64,000 nt of DNA from Azolla caroliniana (Eukaryota > Plantae > Polypodiophyta). A program made the position numbers and the translations under genes. Where the stretch lies: positions 5,704,001-5,768,000 of the forward strand of contig JBHGNT010000005.1 of the NCBI GenBank assembly GCA_043228905.1. Reading direction: 5' to 3'. This document shows positions 25,410 through 38,590 of this stretch, in pieces (within the stretch, counting starts at the first letter, position 1; each line of letters opens with the position of its first letter). The notes below the pieces were generated by a model. The model saw nothing but the letters and a program-made list of their open reading frames with translations. It was not told the DNA's origin and did no database searches.

Positions 25410-27345
25410 CAAATCATTTGAGACACTCAAGGAGCATGTGTGTCAGGCTCCCACTCTTCTATTACCAGACCCTTCTAAGCCTTTCTCAATTGAAACCGAT
25501 GCTAGTGATTATGCTATTGGTGCCGTTCTTTATCAAGGTGGTCACCCTATTGCTTTTGAAAGTAAGAAGCTTGATGCTGCTCAATCTCGGTATTCGGTTC
25601 AAGAGAAAGAGTTGTTTGCGGTAATACACGCACTTAAAACATGGAGGCACTATCTCTATGGAAATAAATTTGTGGTTACAACAGACCATCAATCATTAAA
25701 GTATTTTTGTGACTAGCCCGATCTTGTTGGTCGTAAAGGCCGTTGGGCTGACCTTATGCAAGATTTTGATTTTTCCATACGATATCGCAAGGGTTCTATG
25801 AACACCGTTGCTGATGCTCTTAGTCGCATTAAAGAAGTTAACATGCTTAGCTTCACGGAAATAAAATCTGATCTTTTAGATCACCTTCGAGGGAAATACC
25901 TTGATGACAGTTATTTCTCAAAATACTGGACGAAAGCCGAATCTGGTTTAGATGCCGATACTAGCACCCTACCCTCGAAGGCGACCTTTCACATTACAAA
26001 CGGTTTGCTCTACCATAGTGGAAAGGTCTGTGTTCCAGATTTACCAAATGTTAAACAGAAAATTTTTCATGAATGTCATGATGCACCATCTGCTGGTCAT
26101 CCTGGAATACAACGCACACTCGTTCTCATCTCGTGTACTTTTTTCTGGCCTAAGATGTGCTCTAACGTGCATAAATACGTAACTCAATGCTTACAATGTC
26201 AGATTAATAAGTCGGAACGACTTAAAGCTGCTGGTCTTTTACATCCTTTAGATATTCCCAACAATAAATGGGAAAGTATCTCGATGGATTTTATTGTTAG
26301 TTTACCTCGTACACAGAGGGGTCATGATGCCATATGGGTTGTCGTTGACAGGCTAACAAAATTAGCTAGATTTATTCCTACAAAAACCACGGTAACCACT
26401 CAACAGTTGGCTTATCAATTTGTTGATGAGTTATTTCGTTTTTATGGATTACCGATGGATATTGTTAGTGATCGAGATTCCAAGTTTACTAGTGACTTTT
26501 GGACTCAGGTCTTTAAGAAACTAGAAACTACGTTGAGCATGAGTTCCGCAGATCATCCTCAGTCTGATGGACAAACTGAACGAGTTAATCAAATTATTGA
26601 GGACATGCTTCGAGCTTATGTAGCAAAAACCCCTTCTAAGTGGGAGCAATACCTTCCTATCTTAGAATTTGCCTATAATAGCTCTAAACATACATCCACT
26701 GGATATAGTCCTTTTATGTTGATGTATGGTTTTCAGCCACGTGCCCCAGTTGATGTCACGATTCATCGTGATACATTAGACAGTACACGCAATTTTTTGC
26801 AAGACATGAACCAAATGTTGCATATTGCCAAAGAAAATGTCAAGACAGCTCAAGATCGTGCTCTATTTTATGCTGATCAGGATAGACGTCCTCGTGCATT
26901 TACTATTGGTCAAAAAGTTTTTTTGCGTGTCTCGACTGATTCTACGTCATTATCTACGGGCAAGTGCGCTAAGTTAGCCCCACGATATTGTGGCCCATTT
27001 GAAATCCTTAAGCGAGTTGGGTCATCTGTTTATCACCTTGCCTTACCTCGTAACGTTGGTATTCATCCTGTTTTTCACGTCAGTCGTCTAAAACCATTTT
27101 TAGGCTCTGGTGATAACACCATCACAATCCAAGATCTTGTAACATTAGAGGATTTTTCTTACAAACCTCATGTTCCTGAACGAATTCTTGATTCTCGTAC
27201 TAAACGTTTATGTTCTAAAGAGATTCGGCTATTCAAGATCAAATGGATGGATAAACCTATTGATGATGCCACATGGGAACGCGAGCATTCGCTTAAGGCA
27301 CAATTTCCTCACTTTATATTGCAAGAGTGCAATCTTTTGAAGTAG
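25410..27345 (+). pseudogene. Chromovirus pol C-terminal half: RNase H, integrase, chromodomain (one internal stop at 25714-25716)
   Basis: ETDASDYAIGAVL, EKELFAV, TDHQSL, ADALSR; HHCC; SMDF, SDRD, DGQTERVN; RYCGPF; chromodomain PERILD..KIKW..DATWE. Confidence 0.95.
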
Positions 27346-27352
27346 GGGAGTA

Positions 27353-27823
27353 TGTTATGTACACATAACGTTGGTGAGGGTAGGTCACTAATATTTACAT
27401 TAGTGAAGGGTATGTTCACTATTATTAAAAAGGGGACTAATGATTGGATAGAATGAATGATATGTGCATGCACTATCATGATTTAGACAACCAATGAATA
27501 GAGAGCCTTTTAGAAAGGCACATCTATTCAAGGGGCCTAGGAAAAGGTATAAATATGAGGCTTAGCTACCCTCATAGGAATCACGTCGGAAGGCTGCTGT
27601 CGTAGACACCGGTGGTGCGGGCTAGGCTTTCGTTTCGACGACCGTGTTTATCTCTTCCAAGGTATTAGTCATCCTAATATCCGGCGGTATGGGACGTCGG
27701 TGGTAGGTTGGCTATGTCTAGATCATAGCTCGGGGGTGGTCGGGTGGAACGGGTTCTTCTATCCAATCTATTTTCTTCCTTTTTACTTGATTTGGTCTAT
27801 TGATTAGTAATAGACTCTTAACA
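27353..27823 (+). mobile_element. Single LTR (471 bp) with PPT upstream and tRNA-Met PBS downstream
   Basis: PPT GAAGTAGGGGAG at 27339-27350, termini TGTTA...TAACA, TATAAATA near 27548, PBS TGGTATCAGAGC at 27825-27836. Confidence 0.93.
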
Positions 27824-28170
27824 GTGGTATCAGAGCTTTTACTAACAATTTTTTGTTGTTTTGATGTTTTTGCGTGTGAGCGAGGGGGATCTAACAAGGC
27901 TCGTCATGCTCTTCTCAGGATCAAAACAACACTCTAAACCCGGTATTCTTCTTTTTTGATCTCTTCTCTTTTTCTATTATGCGTTCTTTATGGTCGAATC
28001 AAATTGGTATTACGTTTTATTCTCTTTCTTTCTACCTCCTACTACGCTACGATTTTACTTATTATTATGCATCGGGTCGAGCGTGTTTGCTCTAATCGCA
28101 CACGCTTATCTCATGGCCGTTTTGCATATGATGTTGAGTATACCACTCTTCCCCTCTATTGAAACATCAC

Positions 28171-28550
28171 TTGGCCGATTCTATGGGATGTTGTGGCCTT
28201 GACAAGGTATATGTAGCTTACATATGCCACTTTCCTTTTTAATTAGCCATCAATTGGCTGATTCTATGGGATGTTGTGGCCTTGACAAGGTATATGTAAC
28301 TTACATATGCCACTTTCCTTTTTAATTAGCCATCAATTGGCCGATTCTATGGGATGTTGTGGCCTTGACAAGGTATATGTAGCTTACATATGCCACTTTC
28401 CTTTTTAATTAGCCATCAATTGGCCGATTCTAAGGGATGATGTGGCCTTGACGAGGTATATGTCACTTACCTATGCCACTTTCCTCTTTAATTAGCCATT
28501 ACTTGGCCGATTCTAGGGATATGTGGTGGTCTTGAGGAGGTGCATGTCAA
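28171..28550 (+). repeat. 83-bp tandem repeat (about 4.5 copies) in the retrotransposon leader
   Basis: TTGGC(C/T)GATTCTA starts at 28171, 28254, 28337, 28420 and 28503. Confidence 0.93.
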
Positions 28551-29540
28551 CTACCCTAGGGTTTCGTATCTTAGGGCATGTTTGATTTCATACACCTAAT
28601 TGTTGATTATTCTAATTAAATTTTAATTTCATAAGTATTGTTTCACTTATATGATTTTCTAGTAATTATTATTTACCCGCCCACAATTAACTCTCCTTTT
28701 TCCACTTCCTTTTCATGTATAAAGTATTTACATCGTTTATTTTTAATGTAACCTTTACGCGTAGACTATTTTTTTCGTATGGAGTGGCTTGTTGAACGAT
28801 TTTTTTTTTCAACGGGTCATCTAGGTTTAACTCTTATCATCAAGCCTTAGAAAACGAGTAAAACCATATGAGTTCCCTTATTGATGTTTTACTCATGGAT
28901 TTGAGTATTACATCTTTGCGCACAACACCGTCATCACTTGTATCAATTTGTGGCTTATGTCACAATTGTGCAAGTTATAACAATCATATTGGGATGTATA
29001 AGTGCATACCTTGCACTTCCCATTTATTTGTGACATTGTTTTTTTCGTAGGTAACACATGGGTTCTTTTTTTACCCTTGTTTTCGTCACTACTTAACTCT
29101 TATGAGTAGTGCCTTATTTTATCATTTTATCATCACGTTTGCTTATTGCTCGAAAGACTAGAATATTACTTGTGAGTGCACTTGTTTTTTCACGTAATAC
29201 ACTTTCTCGACCATATAATACATGATGGGTTGGCATTAATATAAGGCTATCTAGGAAATTTCATTGATGTAAGAACCATGGTTGAGCCTCGGGGAGCCGC
29301 CATGATTACTCAAGATAGAGATCCGAGAAATACATCTTAGCTATGTTTTCCCCCATGGTTTTTAAAACACCATAGTGTTACCATAGTTATCGGATCTCGA
29401 ATCACATCTCATATGTCTAGAGGGGTAAAGACATGAGATACTTTCTTGGATAAAGTTCTTTCAATCAAAATTTCAAGCATTCATTTTGCTTGTGTATTTT
29501 CTGAACCTCCTTATTTTATTGCATACCCACAGCGTGCATC

Positions 29541-31157
29541 ATGGAACAAGTTTTGAACGCAATTGGAACGATCTCTCCAAATGAGACCTCTCAACCCCAA
29601 TCTGCATCTTGCACACAAGCTGAGATCACTATTGAGCAATTGCTCACTACTACCTTGAATCAATTGGCCGAAATGAGACAGGCCAATATGGCATTGGAAA
29701 AGAAATTCCAAGAATTAACTATTGAGTCCAAGAAAGAAGGTGAACCTTCCTTCGTAGTCACGCCTTTCAAGGGAGATAAGAAAGAAAGAACCGAGGAGGC
29801 CATTAGCACTTGGCTTGGTCGTTGGGAGTCTCACTTTGAGCTTCATCCCAAGCCCGATGCAGTAAAAATTGGTTATGTCGGTCGTGAGTTAGGTGGCCAA
29901 GCTGCTGCTTGGTGGCGTGGCCTAAGGACCGCAAAAAACTTACCCACAACTTGGGAAGGTTTCGTTGATGTTTTTAAGAAACAATTCTTGCAGCCACCTT
30001 CTCAAACCGAACAAGCGCAACACTTGCTCACATTGTCTAGTAAGCCATTTACCTCTCTCGAGGATTATGTGCATCACGCTCGGACCCAAATCCAAAAATC
30101 GGGACTTACGGGTGAGAAATGGTTTGTCGCTTGTTTTTTGAATGGTATTCCCAATGGGGATTATCATTGGATTGTCCATGACAAGGACCCCACAACTTTC
30201 GAGGAAGCCGTCAACATTGTGCTGCGATACCATAGGACTTCCAAGAAAGACCACAATAAACCTGAGTTCGCCAAAACTCCGAATGTCAAGTTCATTGGGA
30301 AACGTAAGCAATCCAGTGACACTCTTGACCGCGACTCAAAGAAACCGAACCTCTTCTGTGCATATTGCAAGAAGCGGGGCCACACAAAGGATACCTGTCG
30401 TCGTCTTGAGAGGAAGTCAATGAACACCCCTCCTCAAGACAAATCTACGAGTCACACAGGTGAGTCTTTTGATATTGTTGAAGTTCATACCAATCACTTA
30501 AGTTTATGTGAATGCACTTTTCCTTCACATTTACTTGGACCTAATGATTTACTCCGAGCAGTCGGATATATCAATGGAACACAAGCACATTTCTTGTTTG
30601 ATTCCGGTAGTTCTCACAATTTTCTTAATGATCACTTTGTGCAGCAAATAGAGCTCCACATAAACGCAAGTGATCATATCTATCAAGTTCACATGGCAAA
30701 TGGAAACGTTCAATACATCAGTGGCATTGTTTGTCAACTGCCAATTCAAATAGATACTTATTTGGAGAAGCTTGACTTTCAGGTTATGAAATTACAATCC
30801 GCAGATGTCATTTTAGGATATCCTTGGTTTTTTAATAAAAACCCTTCTTTGTCCATTGATTGGGTTAATCACTCAATCACATTTGAACTTAATAATTGTA
30901 AACATTTTATTCAATGTTCCAAACTTCCTTCTCATTCACTTGTGTCTTCTAAATCTTTAAGTGAGTATTCTAGTTCATTAATTTATTCGTGTGTAATTGA
31001 TCCTGCGGTTCAATTTTATTATTTTAATATTGACGCCACACAATTACCACATTTTGAGCAACGATTACTCGACTCTATTTTAGAGGATTTTCAAGATGTG
31101 TTTCCTACTGAATTACCGCTTACTTTACCACCTAAACGTAATGTGGACCATCAAATC
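29541..31157 (+). CDS. Retrotransposon gag-protease ORF, intact up to a break just before RT (reads through into the repeat to a stop at 31196)
   Basis: Gag (A..WW..TWE.F...F), zinc knuckle CAYCKKRGHTKDTC, protease LFDSGSSHNF and DVILGYPW, pre-RT FQDVFP..LPPKR.VDHQI. Confidence 0.93.
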
Positions 31158-31663
31158 AAAAAACAAAGAAAATTGGCAAAGGATGTGAATATGTGATAAT
31201 ACTTGCCCAAAATCATTTAGGAGGACACAAGATGGATGAAGTGACTACTGGGGAGATGTTGTGAGGTGTAATCCAAGATAGCATTAGAGGACTCAAAACA
31301 CCATCATCAAGAATATTATCTAAGACCAAATGACATGCATGCAAAAGTCTAAGTAACGGAAAAAAACAAAGAAAATTGGCAAAGGATGTGAATATGTGAT
31401 AATACTTGCCCAAAATCATTTAGGAGGACACAAGATGGATGAAGTGACTACTGGGGAGATGTTGTGAGGTGTAATCCAAGATAGCATTAGAATACTGAAA
31501 ACACCATCATCAAGAATATTATCTAAGACTAAATGACATGCATGCAAAAGTCTAAGTAACGGAAAAAAACAAAGAAAATTGGCAAAGGATGTGAATATGT
31601 GATAATACTTGCCCAAAATCATTTAGGAGGACACAAGATGGATGAAGTGACTACTAGGGAGAT
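31158..31663 (+). repeat. 203-bp tandem array, right part: second half of copy 2, copy 3 (31258-31460), copy 4 (31461-31663)
   Basis: Resumes at AAAAAACAAAGAAAATTGGC, the sequence that follows AAGTAA-CGGA in intact units. Confidence 0.95.
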
Positions 31664-32770
31664 GTAGAGGAATATGAAGTGACTATTGTGAAATTCTAGA
31701 AGACCACGTGTAATTTATATGCACCAAAATTCACAATTAGGAGGATCTAGATGAGCATGTCACATTGTTCATGAGTATATGGTACATGAATAACTTATTA
31801 TAACAGTTGAACTGTGTGGAATTGCAAGCTCATAACGTGGTAAAGTACACAATTGCCCTTGGAACCACAAGAATGAGTTAAATTACTAATTCAAGCTAAA
31901 TCATTGTGCAACATTTCAAACAACGCAAATAGAATTCTTGGAATGGTTCTTCAAGAAAACTCGTCCATACAAATTGGTTATCAAATTCTAAACCTGGAAG
32001 TGGCATCTTCATGAACCAATGACTTCATTGTCGATTTCATCCATTAGCTATTATGAAGTCTCAACCCTTTCCTTGTTACAACCAACACGATACTAGACAT
32101 GAACATCTAGTAGTTTATATGTGTTAGCATGTTATATGGTTAGTCTGATATTAAAGGAATGGTCTCAAGGTGACTTGTACACATGTATTCCATAAAGAGG
32201 TGCAAAGCTTATGCATATGCCCAAAGCCAAGATGGAAAAACATTGATTTAATTCTTGACCATTGTCGAGTAGGACCAATCATGTTATGTCGCGATGGACA
32301 CCTAAAATACACACAAAGTGTCTTCATGTCTTCTCAGTTCACAGTCATCATACACTTCAGCAACCAAACACCCACTAATAAGAAATCCCACTACGGCACC
32401 TTAGGACATAGGAGGCTTGGAAATCCATAATATTCATAGATCAAAATCCTCTTTGTGGAGGCACCATATTCCTAATGTTCTAATTTAGGTGTCAAAGTCA
32501 TGATATCGCACATACAAGTCTTAATTTCTTATCTTTGTAGCATTCAATGAATAATTAGATGATATTATGTAGGTCGGAAAAACAAGGCCCTTCATTCACT
32601 AAAGGTTGTGTTCATAAGGAACCTTTTGTGCTTGAGACAATGGTACCCTTAAAACGTTTCCACGATTTATGTCCCCATTACTCAAAATATAAAAAAATGC
32701 ACTAGAATTACAACACAAACATAGTGGATGTTTTTTTTCCCAAAAACAAAACTCCTTGCATAGTTATAAT

Positions 32771-33734
32771 CATAGATTGAGCCATGCGTGATATTCTTGA
32801 GATTCGACATCCGTAATATTCGTGGTATTCGAGAATAGAAAATGGCCCTAAGAATATTATAAAACCATTCGTTTACATATACATATACACACATACATAC
32901 ATACACATACATATATACACACATACACAAACATATATATACATATACACACACATACATAGATACATATATACACATACATAGATACATATACACACAC
33001 ATACATATATACACACATACACAAACATATATATACATATACACACACATACATAGATACATATATACACATACATAGATACATATACACACACATACAT
33101 ATATGTGTACACAGACATACATCAATAATTAATTAACTCATTAATATAATGATTAATTTACTATTAACTAATTAATTCACTTAAACATTAATTGATTCAC
33201 TAATACATTAATTAATTTACAAATACATATCTTAATTCATTAACACATTAATTAATTCATTGGAAAATATTAGTTAATTAATTAATAATCAATTAATGCA
33301 TTAATAATTAATTAATTAGGGCTTTGGCAAAACTTAGGGTTTCAGTGAAACTCTGAATTTGTAGCGGACAACAGGATGTAGGATTAGGTAGAGCATGAGA
33401 GGGAGTCGATGACGCAGGCCGAAAAGAAGAAATTTTGTCGAAATTAGGATTATGACAGAAATTAGGGTTTTCTGTCGAAACCCTAATTTCTGGCCGAGAA
33501 CAGGATATAGAGGGAAGCGAGGGTGTAAGTAGCACGCAGAGGGAGTAGGGTGAGGCGTCTTTGCTTCCTATTGGCCACTGTTCACTCGCTCGTAAATAAA
33601 ACACAATTTTTTTTTATTTTTTTTTTTTTTATTTTCAAAAAAAAGAAGAAAACGAATATATTTACGTGTATTCGTATTCCTATTCGTATGGATTCGTGGG
33701 GCAGGCCCCACGAATGCGAATATTTCAATCTATG
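32771..33734. mobile_element. Non-autonomous hAT-type DNA transposon, 964 bp
   Basis: Perfect 10-bp TIR CATAGATTGA...TCAATCTATG; identical 8-bp TSD GTTATAAT at 32763-32770 and 33735-33742; subterminal TATTCG/CGAATA motifs. Confidence 0.9.
32874..33122 (+). repeat. Compound (CA)/(TA) microsatellite inside the hAT element
   Basis: ACATATACACACATACAT-type repeats; source of spurious YVCV ORFs. Confidence 0.95.
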
Positions 33735-35659
33735 GTTATAATATTTTACAACTATGTGAATGTTATATACAAACCACAGAAGGGACTCAATAGTTCCATC
33801 TTATGTGGAGGTCCATTGACTCAAGAAAGAGAGAGGATGACAATTGTTGGATGAAGGTTAATTGTTATCTTTCGGCTCTGTCGGATCTGCCCGTGATGAC
33901 ATCGTATTGGCTTCTTTAGTGTGGCCACATTTTGCAATAACTTTGTGGGAAACAATATTATGAACCTTAGGTCTTATCTATTGCAATTGCCTTACAAAAA
34001 AGGGTGCACAAATTGGTAATGTGCATTATTAAAACTTTTGTTAATGAACACAACATTAGACCCATTGCTTGAAACATATTGGTTTAGACTCGTTCTTGAG
34101 ATTGTGTAGCCTGAACATTTACCATAAATTCATGTTTATGTATTTAGATTTAATCTTTTTTGTAAGGCACAACAGTGAATGTACAAGCATTAAGTTGTTA
34201 AATCTTATTGCAAATGCAAATGTCTCAAGGAGAATGTTTTCATGTTGTGCTCCAATTGATAATGTTACACTTTACTACATAACTTCACTATTGTTTACTA
34301 CATGTGACAAATTTGGTCGAGAACTTTAACTTTTTATGGTAATAGTAAAATAATAATGTTCATTATTCCATGACACACAATATGAGGATTTTGGTAGCAC
34401 CAATACAAAAAGAATCATGAAGCTTTGATATTGGGATCTTGATTCAAATTTTGTATTATCACAACTACAAGCAACATTTATCAATTGGAATTTATTATAA
34501 CAAGGTGGCTAAGGTTTATAGACACACATTTCATTTAGCAAGCATTAAACAACTTGTTGAATGTCATGCCAAAAGGATCATGTAATACATACCAAGTCCA
34601 AGTGTCAAATTTTCACTAGGAAAAGTTAATATATTGTGATATCCCCGAAGGTAATGTAAACCTTTGTTAGAGAAAAAAGAAGGTTGACGTGGTTCTAATT
34701 TGGCTAATGATTATTAAAAAAATAAACTTTTAGGATTGATATTGTCCTACCCCACATAACAACCTCTATTTGGATACTTTCCCACTCACGTGAGATGTTT
34801 TGTCATTTTGGTCTAATAGTAATTGTAGTTGGTGTAAATGGGCACTTCACAATCTTGCCTTCTTGATTATCAAAGACGAAACATAGTTGGGCATTTAGAT
34901 CCCAACATCATAACGCAATAAACATTTGCATCCATGGTAGGTTCCAGTCACAGGTTGAGGAAAGTCACTTTCTACACCAATATATGTATATTTGAGGTAT
35001 TGATACACACTTGCACATGTGGCATGCACAAGATTTCCAATTCAATATGTGGAAACCTTTCCAATCGTGTTTAGTTCAGGAAAATTTCTCGAGAACATTT
35101 TGCATGAAGCTCTCTACATGCTTCCGTCACCATGAAATTGATGGTAATGAAAACTCGCTGCAATTTACAAAATTAATTCATATCATCTATATGCATAGGT
35201 CATATTAATGAGAACTAATTGTTATAGTCTAATAAATGGAATGCCATGGCTAAACTCCTAGTGAGAAGAAACTTCAATATTTTAATATCAACCTTGTAAC
35301 TAGAGGAAAAAGTTTGAGAGCACCCATCATTATTATTGTTCACGACCATAAGAAATTCGAGATTTTGAGTTGTGTAATTTTGCTTGGAAATTGATGCCAA
35401 ATTTACACACACACATACAACAAAATGATACTTGAGACAATTGCATCAAGCTCATCGGGACAATGTTAGAATAAGTACAAAATTTAATAAGGATTGTCAC
35501 ATTGTTTATTATTTTGCAAGGTCGATGGCAAACATTGGTGTTTCATGGGCATGCTTGTCTTGTGGCACTTTGGTGTACTTACGGCTTGTGTACGATTTTT
35601 TTGAATAGATTAATGATGAACAAAGAGATAATCCATTTCATGCATGTGCTACTTATTTT

Positions 35660-36486
35660 TACATGTAGAAGTTGGTTTTCCCCAATTTTGCTGCAAAGGT
35701 CTCGCACAAATATAATGTTCCTTACACAATTATCACCAAATTTTGGCAGAAACTCGGGAAACAACAACACGCGAGACGAATCACCACTTTCCAATGGCTA
35801 TTAATACATAAGTCACTACCGGTTGGTGCATGGCAGCGTGGGAACCTCATCTCTCCTAATTGTGTAGTGTGTCCAATTGTATTAGAATCCATTCGACATG
35901 CTCTATGGGACTGCCTAGAGTCCCATCGAATATGACGGGGGGTTGGCCACTTATTACAATTATGCCAGGTGCAAGGCTCAATCAAATGGGGGAATGTATG
36001 TTGGCTGTCATGGTAGGCCCCAATTAACAGCTATGAGCATTAGGAAGAGGGGATGGCTTTGGTTATAAAAGCACAAGAGATTTTTTTCTCCACCATCTGC
36101 AATATCCACTCAACTCCTATTAGTGCCAAACTTAAGTTGTGTTGGACTTGGTCAGCCCACTAACTCTTTGGATTCTATGGAAACAACGGTGTAGTCTTTT
36201 CCAACCAAAGTGCGCAACCAATAATGTTAATGCAAGAGATATGGGGTGAAGTTGTAGCCACTCTAAAGAGCCAATATGATGGCCTCAAGGGCGACTCTGA
36301 TAGAGTTGAAAGACAACGACTAGCCTTTATCCAACAATGGTTGTCCTCTCCCTTTCTTGAGGCAGTGGGCATCCACATAAGATGGACCTATCGTGTCCCT
36401 ATAGGGATTTGTATATAATAATCTCATCTGTGTAACTAATGGAAGGAGTTTTTTTTGGAAAAATATAAAAATATATAATAAAAAAA
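35660..36486 (+). mobile_element. LINE 3' fragment (zf-RVT) with A-rich tail
   Basis: TFQWLLIHKSLPV..CVVC..ESIRHALWDC; A-rich run at about 36459-36486. Confidence 0.8.
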
Positions 36487-38540
36487 TCATTTTTAGGGTT
36501 TATGATGGCATACTTGTTTATAATTGACTTTAAGTTAGCTCATTCTCAAACTTTACCATGTTCGATGTCTGGTGAAAAAGCATGAGCTCTTTTTGTTGCA
36601 TTAGATATCCCCACTTAACTAATCCCAAATACACTTCTTATCAATGTAAGAATGCATTCAATATTGGGGTGGATTTAAGCCATTACAATGTCGCAAGAAA
36701 GTGAAAATTCTTAAGCGTGTGATTTCAAGGTTATATTATCATGAAATCCATGAGTTGTGACTCTTAAGTTTCATTCCTAGTAAAAGTTCCCACTCTCACC
36801 TTAAAGTGTATCTACCTATGAAAATAATATAGTCCACTTGATGAAAAACAATATCCATTGGTTGGAAGAATGACTTCTACGTTATCATATTTCTCACCTT
36901 CATATTTAAGTAATCGGAAGGGATGATTCAAAAAATCATGAATCTCCATTGAACAAAGGAAAGAAAACTAGATGATACTATGAAAAGGGGGAAGCCATGG
37001 ACATACTTGATGTCGGGTGAGAAGCACCAATCAAACAAATGCAAAACATCATTTCACACAACGCAAATTAATGACTTTTAATCAAATTGCAAACATGAAA
37101 ATAGAAATTGCATCGATACTCACGATTATATATATAAATTACTATTCACAAGGCAATGGATTTACAAACATGTTTGTGATTATAATTTGTCGAAATATTC
37201 AGTACACATGTGGAGATAACATTGAACATGCAAGATCTCACCTAATCATTTTAAATGAGGGGGGGATCAACCTACATTTGATTTGGCTAGACAGACATGC
37301 TCTTTTCCCCTAAGGGCTTGCATTCTTTTTCACTCTATCAATCCTAAGCAAGAACTTACTTTGTAGCGATGTATTAATGACCTCTTTTGGCATGTCAGAT
37401 TCTCTACCTTTTCCTTGTGACCATTTATTATATCTCATTTTCATGGTTTGGAGTCTGTTCATAGACAAGACATTCCAATGCGGACCATGTTAGGGGATTC
37501 CCTTCCCACTACATCTTCTTTGAAAATAACAAAAAAGTGTTTCAATTTCTCGTCCACCTAAATGAGGGTGGTTCCTCTCATATTAGAAATGGCTGATGCA
37601 ACTTCCCATACCAACCCAAGTTAGTGATCACACTCTAAGTCTCTAGAATTTCAACAATTAAAAGTTTGGCACACAATCATAGGCAATGTACAACACGCTT
37701 AATGCACTCTCATGAATTCCATGTTTGTTATGCCTAGTTATTTCTTTCTTGGAGTGACGATAAAAGGCGATCAAGTGGCATAAAGTTTCCTTGTTAAAAT
37801 CCAAAATCACATGGTAAAAAAAACCCAAGTAAATGAAATAAAGTGTTACATAGTGTAAGTTACAAAACTTTGACTTGTATGTACCACCAACTCTTCAATG
37901 TTTGTGTTGTGCTCCCCTGAGAGGTGGGGTGGAGAAGTTTGTGGATATGTCATAATTAGACATTGAATGTGTGAGTTTATAACGATCCTTTAGAAAATGT
38001 AAACTAGGTCATTATCCCTCAGGTATTCGGGCAACGAAGACCTTTGACGAGGAGAAATGGATGAAATAAAGTTAGCATGTGCATGTGATAAGAGAAGAGA
38101 CAAGTCTTATTCATAAAGTTCTAGGTCCATGGGTCTAGCATATTGTGTTATCTTCATCTATGCATACGTGGTAAGTACTCTTTAGGTCCTTGTCTCTTCT
38201 TTTCAGTTTCTTTGTCCTGGTGTTTAAGCATTGCATCGGGAGCCTTGCAAACCATGACCAATGTATCTCTTTAAGAATATACAATGTCCATGCATGCTAC
38301 ATAACTATGACCGTCAACCATTCTGATAATTCTACTGAATTGCGGCACAAAAGATCAAGGAAGCGGGTGGAAATAGCGGTCTGAGCTTCAGGAAACGGGC
38401 GGGTGGGAGGTTTAGGGTTTCCAGTGACAAATGTTGGAATTGGCATGGCCTTCATATGAGGCAAGGTTCGTTGGGTGTCCGTAGTTTTTGGAGACTTCAC
38501 GAATCACGGAGCCATTTGAGATGAGTTCGGAAACGACAAG

Positions 38541-38590
<50 letters not shown>

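Larger units (their letters stand above)
25386..31157 (+). mobile_element. Circularly permuted single-LTR Ty3/gypsy chromovirus insert
   Basis: Order is RNaseH-IN-chromodomain, PPT, one LTR, PBS, leader, gag-PR. Both ends fall inside pol. Confidence 0.9.

Noticed and set aside
25084-31663. 203-bp flanking repeats as LTRs or a giant TSD of the retroelement
   Set aside because: They lack TG...CA ends with adjacent PBS/PPT, occur as four tandem units, and one unit is split by the insert rather than duplicated.
32682-33125. ORFs rich in YVCV
   Set aside because: Translations of a CA/TA microsatellite.
33900-35500. Possible degenerate transposase remnant
   Set aside because: Coding-like texture but no identifiable motif; needs BLASTX.
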